Assembly: GCA_964493495.1 (NCBI GenBank)
Contig: CAZBNM010000003.1
Span: 2,610-66,609, forward strand
Direction of reading: 5' to 3'
DNA from: an uncultured Bacteroides sp.
Lineage (GTDB): Bacteria > Bacteroidota > Bacteroidia > Bacteroidales > Muribaculaceae
Length of the DNA: 64,000 nt
The notes below the pieces were generated by a model, which saw only the letters and a program-made list of their open reading frames with translations, was not told the DNA's origin and did no database searches. Shown one piece after another: positions 36,241 through 45,873 of this stretch (the stretch's first letter is position 1; each line of letters opens with the position of its first letter). Made by a program: the position numbers and the translations under genes.

Positions 36241-37173
36241 TCAGGAAAGGCTTGTCGCGTCGGGATCCGGTGTCGCGTCCTGTCCGTAGCGGGCCAGGGC
36301 ATCGCGAAGTTCCGCCTGCACCTGCAGACGCAGCTCGCGGGGCTCGAGCACTTCCACTCTCGGCCCATGCGACAGTATCTCGCCCACAAGATCCGGACTT
36401 ATGCGCATGCGGTAGTAGAAAATCGAATATTCATCGTGCACCACCTCCTCCTGTGTAGGATGCAAGGGCAGCGCGCGCAGATATTTTGCCTCGCGGGGTG
36501 GCGTTTTCAGAGCCACACGGTGCACGGGACCCTCCGTGAATACTACGCCGAAAGAGTGGCGGAAATAGTCCTCCGGGTCAAAAGCCGGGTCGGGTTCGAA
36601 TGTCTCTGTGAGCACCCGCATGGCGCGTACACGGTCCAGGGCATAGGTCTTTATCTTGCGGTCGGAGGTGACGATGCCCGTAACATACCATCGTTGCCGG
36701 AAGATCTTCAGGAACAGCGGACGCATCTCGATCCCCGTCGTAGGCACGGTGCGGTAATACGGCAGATAGTCGAATACGATAGGATGATTTCCTTTGAGGG
36801 CTTCGATAGTCGGCGCGAGAAAGTCGCGCGCCGATGGCACATCCTCGACAAAAATTTTTCCGGCAATGTCGCGTGCCGAGGCCAGCGTGTCGCTCATCGA
36901 TGCCGAGTTGAGCAGCCAGTCGGTCATGCCGCTCTGATTGCCCGTGTCCTCGGATATGTAGTATTCGTATGTGGCCGGATCGAAGCAGATTTCGAGGTTG
37001 AAGATTTCCTCGATGGCCTGGCGGTAGTTGTAGAAGGTGCGTCGGGGCAGCTTCTCGCCGTTGGAAAAATCGTTTTTTCGCCATGCCTCGTCGAGCTCGC
37101 GACGCGTTATGCGCCCGTGCCTGCGGATGGTGTCGATCAACCAGAGGTAGCGGTTCAGGAGCGACTGTGCCAT
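36241..37173 (-). CDS. WYL-domain transcriptional regulator (wHTH-WYL-WCX)
   Basis: N-terminal wHTH RYLWLIDTI...RRTF; P..LK.FRQRWYV; YALDR; C-terminal VEVLEP..LR. Confidence 0.9.
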   Translation of the reverse strand: MAQSLLNRYLWLIDTIRRHGRITRRELDEAWRKNDFSNGEKLPRRTFYNYRQAIEEIFNLEICFDPATYEYYISEDTGNQSGMTDWLLNSASMSDTLASARDIAGKIFVEDVPSARDFLAPTIEALKGNHPIVFDYLPYYRTVPTTGIEMRPLFLKIFRQRWYVTGIVTSDRKIKTYALDRVRAMRVLTETFEPDPAFDPEDYFRHSFGVVFTEGPVHRVALKTPPREAKYLRALPLHPTQEEVVHDEYSIFYYRMRISPDLVGEILSHGPRVEVLEPRELRLQVQAELRDALARYGQDATPDPDATSLS

Positions 37174-38609
37174 GGCGAGAGAAGACGGAGTCCGATTATG
37201 GTGATGACGGCATTCATGAGCAGAAGCTCGAAGCTCGTTTCATAGCCGCATAAGTGCGAGAGGGCCCATTGTATGCACCAGCTCAGAGCCGGGGCGGCCA
37301 CACACACCAGCGGCACCAGACGGTCGTGTACGGGACGTTTCCAGAACATACCGTACACGAAAAGGCCCAGAATCGGGCCATAGGTGTAGGAAGCCAGTGT
37401 GTAGACGGCCGAGATCGCGTCCTGATTGGACAGGTAGTAGAAGGCTATGATCACAAGGCCCATGATCGAGCTCATGGCCAGATGCACGAGTTTGCGTGTA
37501 CGCGTGAGTGCTTTGGCGTCCTGTTTTTCGTGTGCGCCCAGAATATCGACGGTGAATGAAGTGGTGAGCGACGTAAGCGCCGAGCCTGCGGCCGAGTAGG
37601 CTGCGCTGACAAGACCGAGCACAAAGAGGATGCCCACGATCGCAGGGACGTCGGGATGCGTAGCCACGAGTCCGAAGAGCTCGTCGCTCTTCTCCGGCAT
37701 GGCAATACCCTTGCGCTCGATGAATACCATCAGGAGTGTGCCCAGCAGCAGGAACAGCGCGATGACAAAGAACTGTATCACGCCGCTCACGATCATGTTT
37801 TTCTGCGACTGCCCGCTGTCGCGGCATGCCAGATTTCGCTGCATCATGTCCTGGTCGAGCCCGTTAGTCGCTATGGCCATGAACACGCCCGCTATGAATT
37901 GCTTCCAGAAATATGTGCCCTCGCGCGGATTGTCGAAGAAGAACATCCGGGAGCTCGGATGCTCCTTGATTGTCGATACCATCCCACCGAAGTCCAGTCC
38001 GAGATTGCGGGCCACAAACCAGATGCAGAGCACTACGGACGTGACCAGACAGAAGCTCTTGAGCGTATCGGTCCAGATCAGTGTTTTCACGCCTCCCTGA
38101 AGTGTGTAAAGCCAGATGAGGGCTATCGTGACAATGACGTTGAAGATAAACGGTATGCCCAGCGGACGGAACACAAGCAGCTGAAGCACGGCACACACCA
38201 CAAAGAAGCGCACTGCGGCTCCAAGCATCTTGGATACGAAGAAGAACCATGCACCGGTGCGGTAGGTGTGCCGTCCGAAGCGTTCGCCCAGATAGCCGTA
38301 GATGCTCAGCAGGTTGCGGCGATAGAACATGGGCACGAGCACCAGGGCTATCAGTCCGTAGCCCACGATAAAGCCCAGCACCATCTGGAGATAGGCGTAG
38401 CCCTTGGCCGCCACCATGCCCGGCACAGAAATAAAAGTCACGCCCGAGATGGCCGCGCCTATCATTGCGAAGGCCACCAGAGGCCACGGCGTCTTGCGGC
38501 CACCGGTGAAGAAGGTTGAGTTGTCCGAGCCTCCGCGGCTCGCAAGCCACGAAATCAGAAAAAGCAGTGCGAAATAGCCTGCGATTGTGAGGATAATTGT
38601 TCCGGCCAC
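37155..38609 (-). CDS. sodium:solute symporter (SSS) family transporter
   Basis: FAMIGAAISGVTFISVPG, YTLQGGVKTLIWTD and GLDQDMMQR motifs; about 13 TM. Confidence 0.92.
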   Translation of the reverse strand: MAGTIILTIAGYFALLFLISWLASRGGSDNSTFFTGGRKTPWPLVAFAMIGAAISGVTFISVPGMVAAKGYAYLQMVLGFIVGYGLIALVLVPMFYRRNLLSIYGYLGERFGRHTYRTGAWFFFVSKMLGAAVRFFVVCAVLQLLVFRPLGIPFIFNVIVTIALIWLYTLQGGVKTLIWTDTLKSFCLVTSVVLCIWFVARNLGLDFGGMVSTIKEHPSSRMFFFDNPREGTYFWKQFIAGVFMAIATNGLDQDMMQRNLACRDSGQSQKNMIVSGVIQFFVIALFLLLGTLLMVFIERKGIAMPEKSDELFGLVATHPDVPAIVGILFVLGLVSAAYSAAGSALTSLTTSFTVDILGAHEKQDAKALTRTRKLVHLAMSSIMGLVIIAFYYLSNQDAISAVYTLASYTYGPILGLFVYGMFWKRPVHDRLVPLVCVAAPALSWCIQWALSHLCGYETSFELLLMNAVITIIGLRLLSPWHSRS

Positions 38610-38651
38610 GTGTATGTGAGTGTTTAGGGTTTATGGAGCGTTTTGCGGGGG

Positions 38652-39923
38652 TCAGCGGGCGTCGCTGTTGTCGGGATAGAGGAGATAGGGCTTGCGCTGA
38701 CGGCGGAACGCCTCGGCATCGGCGCTCCATGTGGCCTTTATTTCCTCCGGCGACATTCCGGCTTCTATCATGCCGCGTATGTCGCCCCGGCCCATCAGTT
38801 TTTCGAAGAAGGAGGTGAAGAACCGTTCACGCACTTCGGGGCTTACTGCCCGGTAAGCGTCAATGAGATATTCGAGATTTATCCCCGCATTCACAATACT
38901 GTCCTCGTCCAGCGAGCGCAGGTCGCGGCCATGACACAGCTCACCCAGCCGGGGCGGAGTCTTTGCTCCGGGTCTGCTTTCGGGAGTGAATGTGAAGGCG
39001 TGAAGCGAGTTAGCGCTTATCGAAGGATGGCCGTATATCTCGAAAGGTGCGTCAGTGCCGCGCCCCAGACTCACGGGTGTGGCTTCGAAATAGCACATCG
39101 AGGGATAGAGATAGATCGCCCTCATCGTGCGGAGATTAGGCGATGGAGCAACAGGCAAGCGGTAACGTGTGTCGTGGGTGTAGCCCTCGCAAGAAATGAC
39201 TTCGATGCGTGGCTGCACTCCGTCGCGCAGCCAGCCCTCGCCCCGGGCCATAAGGGCGAGCTCGCCAAGCGTCAGCCCGTGCACAGTGGGTATGGGCAGC
39301 CGCCCGACGCCCGACTGGTATTTCATATCCAGTATGGGGCCGTCGACGGTCATGCCGTTTGGATTCGGACGGTCGAGAATCACCACCGTCTTAGGCTCCG
39401 ATGCAGAGGCGCAGGCGTTGATAAGGTCGAGCATTGTGCAGTAGTAGGTGTAGAACCGAAGCCCTACATCCTGAATATCCACGACCAGAACATCGAAGGA
39501 GTCCATGACTTCAGGCGCGGGTTCCCGGCGCCCGCTGCCATCGTAGAGCGATGCGATGGGAATGCCCGTTTTCGGGTCCGTGCTCCCTTTGACGTGCTCG
39601 CCGGCATCGGCTGTGCCGCGGAAGCCGTGTTCGGGCGAGAGTATGGTTGTCACGTTCACACCGCTGTCAAGCAGGGCATCAAGCGTATGCCGCCCGTCGG
39701 GGAGAATGCCGGTATGGTTGGAGAACAGGGCTACGCGCTGCCCTTCCAACAGAGGCAGGTAGCGTTCGAAAAGCTCGGCGCCTACGCGCAACGTGGGTTC
39801 TGCGCAGGTGTCGCAGGCTGTGGATGTCGAGTTGTCGTTGCCGGCCGCGCGGGCATTGCACGATAGCGAGAGCACTATCAGGGCTGTAATGGCAAACAGG
39901 GGTGAAATAACTGATTTCTTCAT
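38652..39923 (-). CDS. namZ: exo-beta-N-acetylmuramidase NamZ family (DUF1343, GH171), probable lipoprotein
   Basis: SPEHGFRG, DIQDVGLRFYTY, LDRPNPNG, HGLTLGELA, PSPNL and SLGRGT motifs. Confidence 0.9.
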   Translation of the reverse strand: MKKSVISPLFAITALIVLSLSCNARAAGNDNSTSTACDTCAEPTLRVGAELFERYLPLLEGQRVALFSNHTGILPDGRHTLDALLDSGVNVTTILSPEHGFRGTADAGEHVKGSTDPKTGIPIASLYDGSGRREPAPEVMDSFDVLVVDIQDVGLRFYTYYCTMLDLINACASASEPKTVVILDRPNPNGMTVDGPILDMKYQSGVGRLPIPTVHGLTLGELALMARGEGWLRDGVQPRIEVISCEGYTHDTRYRLPVAPSPNLRTMRAIYLYPSMCYFEATPVSLGRGTDAPFEIYGHPSISANSLHAFTFTPESRPGAKTPPRLGELCHGRDLRSLDEDSIVNAGINLEYLIDAYRAVSPEVRERFFTSFFEKLMGRGDIRGMIEAGMSPEEIKATWSADAEAFRRQRKPYLLYPDNSDAR

Positions 39924-40053
39924 GGTGGATTAGGAAATGTTTGCGAAGATAACACCTAAACCTGATACAGCGTGTTAACAAACGCTAAATTTCAGACACG
40001 GCAATTGCAAAATTAAAAAAAAGCCGTACCTTTGCAATGCAAATAAATCAATC

Positions 40054-40126
40054 GGGGTATTAGCTCATCTGGTAGAGCGCAACACTGGCAGTGTTGAGGT
40101 AAGCGGTTCGAGTCCGCTATACTCCA
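40054..40126 (+). tRNA. tRNA-Ala(GGC)
   Basis: GGGGTAT acceptor stem, anticodon arm CAACA-CTGGCAG-TGTTG, GTTCGAG T-loop; TACCTTTG promoter at 40027. Confidence 0.97.
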
Positions 40127-40131
40127 CAAAC

Positions 40132-40166
40132 AAGCGAATTCAGAGCATGCTCCGGATTCGCTTTTC
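40132..40166 (+). terminator. terminator after tRNA-Ala
   Basis: AAGCGAAT...ATTCGCTT hairpin followed by T residues. Confidence 0.65.
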
Positions 40167-40177
40167 TGTTTTAGAAT

Positions 40178-40216
40178 AAAAACGTAAGGGCGCCGTCCGG
40201 CACCCTTACGTTTTTT
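40178..40216. terminator. bidirectional terminator ending the PUL transcript
   Basis: AAAAACGTAAGGGCGCC / GGCACCCTTACGTTTTT. Confidence 0.8.
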
Positions 40217-40236
40217 AGCGATAATTGTATCGGTGT

Positions 40237-42735
40237 TTACTGTAGCAATACTTTCTGAACCTTGGTGCCCTCGCGGCGAATGTATAGACCGGAGCCGGGA
40301 TTCGCAACTCGTACGCCCTGAAGGTTGTAGTATTCCACGGGGGCCTGCTTTTCACTGTCGATTTCGGTATCTGTGATTCCCGAAACGATGGGATGTGTGC
40401 CGTATGCGCGGAGCTCGGTGATCTTGATGCCCCAGCCGGAGTTGTATGCCTTGCTCGTTTCGATACGCATCTTGCGGGTTGAAGCACCCTCGATGCCTTC
40501 GGTGACAAACTGATGCCATCCTTTGTATGCGCCGCCGCCGTTAGTTACTGTTTCGTTGAAAACCTGATCTTCGCCTGCGGCTCGCAACATGCTTGCGTCA
40601 ACGTGAGTGTCGGGGGTGAGGGTGATGCTGTATTCCATTGGGCCTGCACCGTCCCAGTGTATCTCGATAAGTTCGATGTTGCGGTTCGAACCAAAGTCGA
40701 TTTCTATATGATGATTGTCTCCGGAGCCGCAATTCCATACGAGACAAGAATTGTCGGAACTGTCGATGCCGTCGAATGCCAGATGATGGTTGGATGTGTG
40801 TTCGCACATATCGAACGTATAGTCATCCAGAAGCGATTGATCGAGAAGGTTGAACGCCTCGGCCGATGTAACGCATCGGATAGGTTTGTGTACCTCGCAG
40901 TCGCCGTTGCGGATCACGACATCGACGTAGCCGTCGCTGCGGGATTCGGCAGTCAGTACGTTATTGTCGAAACTGAAGGCGTCTCCATCGACTGCGAATT
41001 CGAATGATTCGGGCTCAAGCAGATAGTGTCCGTTTGCGTCTTTTCCGTATGGTGTGAGAATTACCGATTCTCCGCTGTGGAAATCCGTTTTTGGCATATC
41101 AAGTACGATTTCTACAGCCGGTCCGTATTCGACAGGAGCATTAGTGTCACCGACATTGTAGATTGCGGTGCCTCCTCGCTGGAATGCGAAGTTGGTCTCG
41201 CCGGATGTCCCGCCTGCGTAGTCGAGTTTTACGTATAGCCACGCGATACCTTCGCCATAGGTGTATGTCTTGTTTGCCGATCCGGTGTTAACCGTGAAGT
41301 GTGTCTCATCGATCTGAGTCATTAACTGCTGGTCGAAGCCGCTGAAGGTGAAGCGAGGTGCCAGTTCGGCAGGCGCTGTCCCGTGAACGGTCATATCGGC
41401 CGTGAGAGTGTGGTCGAGTTCGTATGTAATTGTGATTTCGAGACTAAGAGGTATATCGCGGCGGTCGGCTGCTGTTTCTCCGGGCAGATATGCGTTGGGT
41501 GCTGTGCCGTCGAGTATCATGTGGTATTTCTTGGGCCGTTCCACCATCACCTGCACCGTGGGTGTCCGATATATATGGTTGTCTTTCTCCAGCTGGGCGT
41601 AGAGATTGAAAACGAGCTCGGAGTCATCGGAAAGATTGTTTAGCCCGAGCGAACCATTGGCCACTCCTTTTGCCTCGCCGTTGACATAGAGTATGTAGTC
41701 GTCCTCGGGTGCGGCATCGGCCTTGAACAGGTCGTAGGTGATCATGACGGAATTATTCTCCCCTTCAGAGATATCAGCATTCAGAATATATGCGTTTTCG
41801 GATTTTGCAGGACGTTCGCCCGGCATGCCAAAGATATAGTTTTTTATGTCTACGCGCATATATCCGTTTGCGTAAGGAAGGTAAATGAAGAAGTCATTGA
41901 GCACATCTCCAAGTTCGTATATTGCTGTCGATGTTGCGGTGTACACGCCATCCGAGAGTGTCAGGTCGTCATACTCTTGATTTGCAAAGTGGATACGGCG
42001 CACAAGACCTGCAATGTTGTCAAATCCGCGACAGTCGACTTCGGCCGTGAGAGTGCCGTCAGTATTGGCGGTGAGGGCATAGTCCACATGGACCAAATAA
42101 TCCTTTCCGGCATATTTTGTGATTTCCTCTGCAGAACCGTAGTTTACGGCTCCGAATTGTGGATGACGTACTTCTCCGCCCTCTACGATACGAATATCGG
42201 CAATCTGGAGCTGGTGTCCCACAGGCTGTCCCGTAATGGTGAAGAACGGCACGCGTACTTTGTCGCCTGCTTCAATCGAGTTGGCCACGTCAGGGAAGCA
42301 GTCATGGATATTGAGACAGATCTTGTGCCAGAGGCCATCAATGCTGAAGTTCAGAGCGGTCTCGGCAGAGACTGATTCGCTGTCGGTCGCGCCCACTTTG
42401 GAGAATGCAACCGTGACATTGCAGTTGTCTGTAGCCTTTACATAGAATTCGAGGGTGGCATCTGTCGACAGAACGGGGGTGAGGTCTACGTTCTCTGTCG
42501 TTTCCCAGAACAGGGCCGCCCATCCACCCCAACCTCCGGTTGAGAGTAGAATTTTCTTGCCGCCCGGAGCTTCGGCATCATCAAATTCCTGTGCCCCGCT
42601 TTCCCAGGAGTTTATTGTTGCATTAATCTGTACATCATCATCCTCGAGTGGATAGCCCGAATGGATGACATAGGACTTTGCGCCTGCACTCATGACGGTA
42701 CATGACAAAAAGGCACATAATAGAAGTTTTTTCAT
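40237..42735 (-). CDS. secreted multi-domain putative glycan-binding protein (CBM-like, duplicated beta-domain, F5/8-discoidin-like domain, T9SS-type CTD)
   Basis: Signal peptide; AFDG...W...IEIDFG...IEIHW (F5/8-like); C-terminal APVEYYNLQGVRVANPGSGLYIRREG. Confidence 0.7.
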   Translation of the reverse strand: MKKLLLCAFLSCTVMSAGAKSYVIHSGYPLEDDDVQINATINSWESGAQEFDDAEAPGGKKILLSTGGWGGWAALFWETTENVDLTPVLSTDATLEFYVKATDNCNVTVAFSKVGATDSESVSAETALNFSIDGLWHKICLNIHDCFPDVANSIEAGDKVRVPFFTITGQPVGHQLQIADIRIVEGGEVRHPQFGAVNYGSAEEITKYAGKDYLVHVDYALTANTDGTLTAEVDCRGFDNIAGLVRRIHFANQEYDDLTLSDGVYTATSTAIYELGDVLNDFFIYLPYANGYMRVDIKNYIFGMPGERPAKSENAYILNADISEGENNSVMITYDLFKADAAPEDDYILYVNGEAKGVANGSLGLNNLSDDSELVFNLYAQLEKDNHIYRTPTVQVMVERPKKYHMILDGTAPNAYLPGETAADRRDIPLSLEITITYELDHTLTADMTVHGTAPAELAPRFTFSGFDQQLMTQIDETHFTVNTGSANKTYTYGEGIAWLYVKLDYAGGTSGETNFAFQRGGTAIYNVGDTNAPVEYGPAVEIVLDMPKTDFHSGESVILTPYGKDANGHYLLEPESFEFAVDGDAFSFDNNVLTAESRSDGYVDVVIRNGDCEVHKPIRCVTSAEAFNLLDQSLLDDYTFDMCEHTSNHHLAFDGIDSSDNSCLVWNCGSGDNHHIEIDFGSNRNIELIEIHWDGAGPMEYSITLTPDTHVDASMLRAAGEDQVFNETVTNGGGAYKGWHQFVTEGIEGASTRKMRIETSKAYNSGWGIKITELRAYGTHPIVSGITDTEIDSEKQAPVEYYNLQGVRVANPGSGLYIRREGTKVQKVLLQ

Positions 42736-45065
42736 CGGTTGATATTTTTAGAATGATTTAAGTTGGCGATTACAGGGCGGACAAGTTGCGGCACTTTTAC
42801 GGGTGTTTCGCATCGGATGTCTCTTGAACTTGAGCCGATGGCAAAAGTGTAGGTTCCGGCGTCCGTCACCCACGCGTTTATGGTTTCGTCGAAAGATGCC
42901 AGGTCGCTGTCCTCTATTGTCAGAACCACATTGCAACTCGCACCCGGTGTGAGTTCGGCGGTCTTGGCGAATGCGCGGAGCTCCTTCCGGGGCTTGTCCA
43001 GTTTGGAAGATGGCGCCGATACGTAGAGCTGTACAACTTCGCGCCCTGCGCGTTTGCCCGTGTTTGTTACTTTTACCGTCACATTAGTCGTGCCGTTTCT
43101 GCGGCTGACCTCTGGCCGGCCGTAGGAGAAGTCCGTATAGCTTAGACCGTGACCGAAGCTATAGGCCGGCTCTATGCCGGCTTTGTCAAAGTGGCGATAT
43201 CCCACGTATACGTCTTCGGCATAGTCGGTATAATCGTAGTTGGCGCCATCGGAGCGTTGATATTTTGGTTCCCAGAATCCATAGTGAGGCTGGGGTACGG
43301 CCGGGTCGTCGTGAGGAAAGTTGTTCGACGATGAATAGTCGTAATAATCGATGGCAAAGGTCATTGGCAATCGTCCCGAAGGATTTGCCGTACCGTCCAG
43401 TATATCTGCCAGGGCATTTCCCCCTTCCTGGCCCGGTTGCCAGCAGCAGATTATAGCATCGGCATGCTCGCGCCATGAACTTGTCTCTACAGGTGCGCCC
43501 ACATTAAGCACCACCACGAGTTTTTTGCCTTTGGCATGATATATTGCCGATAGGTCGTGTATGGCCTTAAGTTCATCATCAGTCAGACGATAGTCGCCAT
43601 CGATCCGGCGATCGCGGCCTTCGCCCGAATTGCGGGTGACGGTGTAGACAGCCACGTCGCTTTCGGCCTCGCGCAACATCATGGCTTCACGCGTCAGCGG
43701 CATCTCTTCGAATGGATACATTCGTCCGAAATCCATAAGTACGATCGTACGCTCGTTGTATAGTTTCTTCATCGCATAGTCGAGATATGCGAGATATGTG
43801 TCCTTCAATCGCCGGTTGACGTCGAAGCCATGAGCCTCCATCCCGGAATACAGCTGTGAGGTATATGCGCGGTTCACGTTGCCGGAGCCGGTTCCACCGC
43901 AGGTGAGATCATAACTTCCGTTGCCGTAGAGGGCTATGCGGCGTGTCGAGGCCGTATCGAGAGGCAGTATGCCGTTGTTTTTGAGAAGCACCATGCCGCC
44001 GGCGGCCGCACGTCGTGCTACGGCCGCGTGGGCCATGAGGTCGGGAGTGTCCGAGAAGACATATCCGCGCCAGTGGGGCGTCCGGGCCACGTACCGCAGG
44101 ATGCGGGCCACATTACGGTCGACGTCCGCAATATCTATCGATCCGTCACGGACGCCTTCGATTATGTGGCGTACCTGCGTTTCGCTGCCGGGCGTGAGCA
44201 GGTCGTTTCCCGCATGGACTTGCGCGCCGGTGTTGCGCGGGCCCAGCCAGTCCGTCATCACTATTCCGTCCCACCCCCATTCATCGCGTAGAACGGTCTG
44301 AAGCAACTCATGGTCTTCCGCGCAATAAGTGCCGTTGACCTTGTTGTAGGACGACATTATTGTCCAGGGCGATGCTTTTCTGACAACGATCTCGAATGGA
44401 CGAAGATATATTTCGCGTAGTGCGCGGCCACTGATGCGAGCATCGTTCTGTTCGCGCTTGGTCTCCTGATTGTTGGCAATAAAATGCTTCACCGAGGCTC
44501 CGACGCCCTGCGATTGAAGGCCGCTGACGTATGCGGCTCCGATTTCGCCGGCCAGCAAAGGATCTTCTGAAAAATATTCGAAGTTCCGACCGCAGAGAGG
44601 ATTGCGCTGGATATTGATCCCCGGAGCCAGAAGCACGTCGCACCCGTATTCGAGCACCTCATTTCCCATGGCCGAAGCCACCTCGGCCACTGTTTCGGTG
44701 TCCCACCCGGCAGCGAGTGCTGTGCCTGTAGGGAAGGCTGTGCAGTAGTATGTGCGCCGGTCGTTTTCGCGCACGGGCTTTATACGGAGACCGGCCGGCC
44801 CATCGGCCAGAATGGTGAATGGAATATTGTATTCCGGCATGGCAACCGTCGGGGCTGCCGCGCCGGGAATATATTCTGAATTATTGCCAACGAAGTCCCA
44901 TCCGAACTCAGTGGAAGAAATCGAGCCGTTCAACATCCTGGCCTTCTGTTCGAGGGTCATGGCCGCAACGATCGAATCGATCTGCTCCATCCGGAATGAG
45001 CGTGCACCCGAAGGGAGCACACAAAGCAACAGCAAGCCCGCAGTAAAATGTCTTGCAGTCATCAC
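42732..45065 (-). CDS. GH3 beta-glucosidase
   Basis: ADGPAGLR, GRNFEYFSEDP, KHFIANNQE, MTDW (nucleophile) and a C-terminal Fn3 domain. Confidence 0.95.
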   Translation of the reverse strand: MMTARHFTAGLLLLCVLPSGARSFRMEQIDSIVAAMTLEQKARMLNGSISSTEFGWDFVGNNSEYIPGAAAPTVAMPEYNIPFTILADGPAGLRIKPVRENDRRTYYCTAFPTGTALAAGWDTETVAEVASAMGNEVLEYGCDVLLAPGINIQRNPLCGRNFEYFSEDPLLAGEIGAAYVSGLQSQGVGASVKHFIANNQETKREQNDARISGRALREIYLRPFEIVVRKASPWTIMSSYNKVNGTYCAEDHELLQTVLRDEWGWDGIVMTDWLGPRNTGAQVHAGNDLLTPGSETQVRHIIEGVRDGSIDIADVDRNVARILRYVARTPHWRGYVFSDTPDLMAHAAVARRAAAGGMVLLKNNGILPLDTASTRRIALYGNGSYDLTCGGTGSGNVNRAYTSQLYSGMEAHGFDVNRRLKDTYLAYLDYAMKKLYNERTIVLMDFGRMYPFEEMPLTREAMMLREAESDVAVYTVTRNSGEGRDRRIDGDYRLTDDELKAIHDLSAIYHAKGKKLVVVLNVGAPVETSSWREHADAIICCWQPGQEGGNALADILDGTANPSGRLPMTFAIDYYDYSSSNNFPHDDPAVPQPHYGFWEPKYQRSDGANYDYTDYAEDVYVGYRHFDKAGIEPAYSFGHGLSYTDFSYGRPEVSRRNGTTNVTVKVTNTGKRAGREVVQLYVSAPSSKLDKPRKELRAFAKTAELTPGASCNVVLTIEDSDLASFDETINAWVTDAGTYTFAIGSSSRDIRCETPVKVPQLVRPVIANLNHSKNINR

Positions 45066-45868
45066 TTCGGAAGATTAAATGCTATCGACATCTCCACCAT
45101 CTGCTCCTTGCTCATCCCCTCGGGCACAAACCCCATGCACTGGGCTGCGATGTATATTTTTGCGGCCTTGTTGAGAACGTCAACCTGGTCAAAAGCACTC
45201 ATTATGTCTGTGTCCACCGCGAATACTCCATGCTTCTCCCAGAGCGTTACGTCGTAGTCGGCTATTTCTTTGATCGTCGCTTCAGCAAGCTTGTGCGAGC
45301 CGGGAAGATGATAGGGAATCACTCCCAGACCGCGTGGGCAGAAAGCTTTTGTCTCGGGAATCATCGACCAAAGAAGGTTCGTGGCCACGTCTTTCTCAAG
45401 GAAACGGCGGCAGTGACTCATGGCTACCAGTTCTATGGGATGCGTGTGGAGGGAGGCCTTGTATGGCGAACCGATTGAGATCAGCCGTGCATGCACGGAG
45501 AGATGGCTTGGTAATTCGGATGTGGGCATCACGGGCTTGTCGGCGATGATTTCGTAGTGTGCGCAATCGTCGGTTATGCGGATTACACTGCCGTTATCCA
45601 TCGGGTGCCGGGCAAGATCGCGCATGCGCCGGTTGGTGCCTTTGCAGAAGAAAAAGCATCCTTTGACGCTCGGAAGTGTAATGCCGATTGGAAATGGTCC
45701 TGCAATTGCCGGCATCCTGCGCATTTCATCGTCGGCGTATTCGGTGACGTTCACGGTGATGTTGCCGCCGTTCCGCTCGGCCCATCCGGCCTGCCAAAGA
45801 TAGCCTGCTGTTTCGGCCACCTGCATAACCTCGCGTTCGAGGTCCTTGTGCGTATCTAAAATCGACAT
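45062..45868 (-). CDS. rhaD: rhamnulose-1-phosphate aldolase
   Basis: GWAERNGGN, PTSELPSH, HTHP and WEKHG motifs. Confidence 0.95.
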   Translation of the reverse strand: MSILDTHKDLEREVMQVAETAGYLWQAGWAERNGGNITVNVTEYADDEMRRMPAIAGPFPIGITLPSVKGCFFFCKGTNRRMRDLARHPMDNGSVIRITDDCAHYEIIADKPVMPTSELPSHLSVHARLISIGSPYKASLHTHPIELVAMSHCRRFLEKDVATNLLWSMIPETKAFCPRGLGVIPYHLPGSHKLAEATIKEIADYDVTLWEKHGVFAVDTDIMSAFDQVDVLNKAAKIYIAAQCMGFVPEGMSKEQMVEMSIAFNLPK

Positions 45869-45873
45869 ATACG

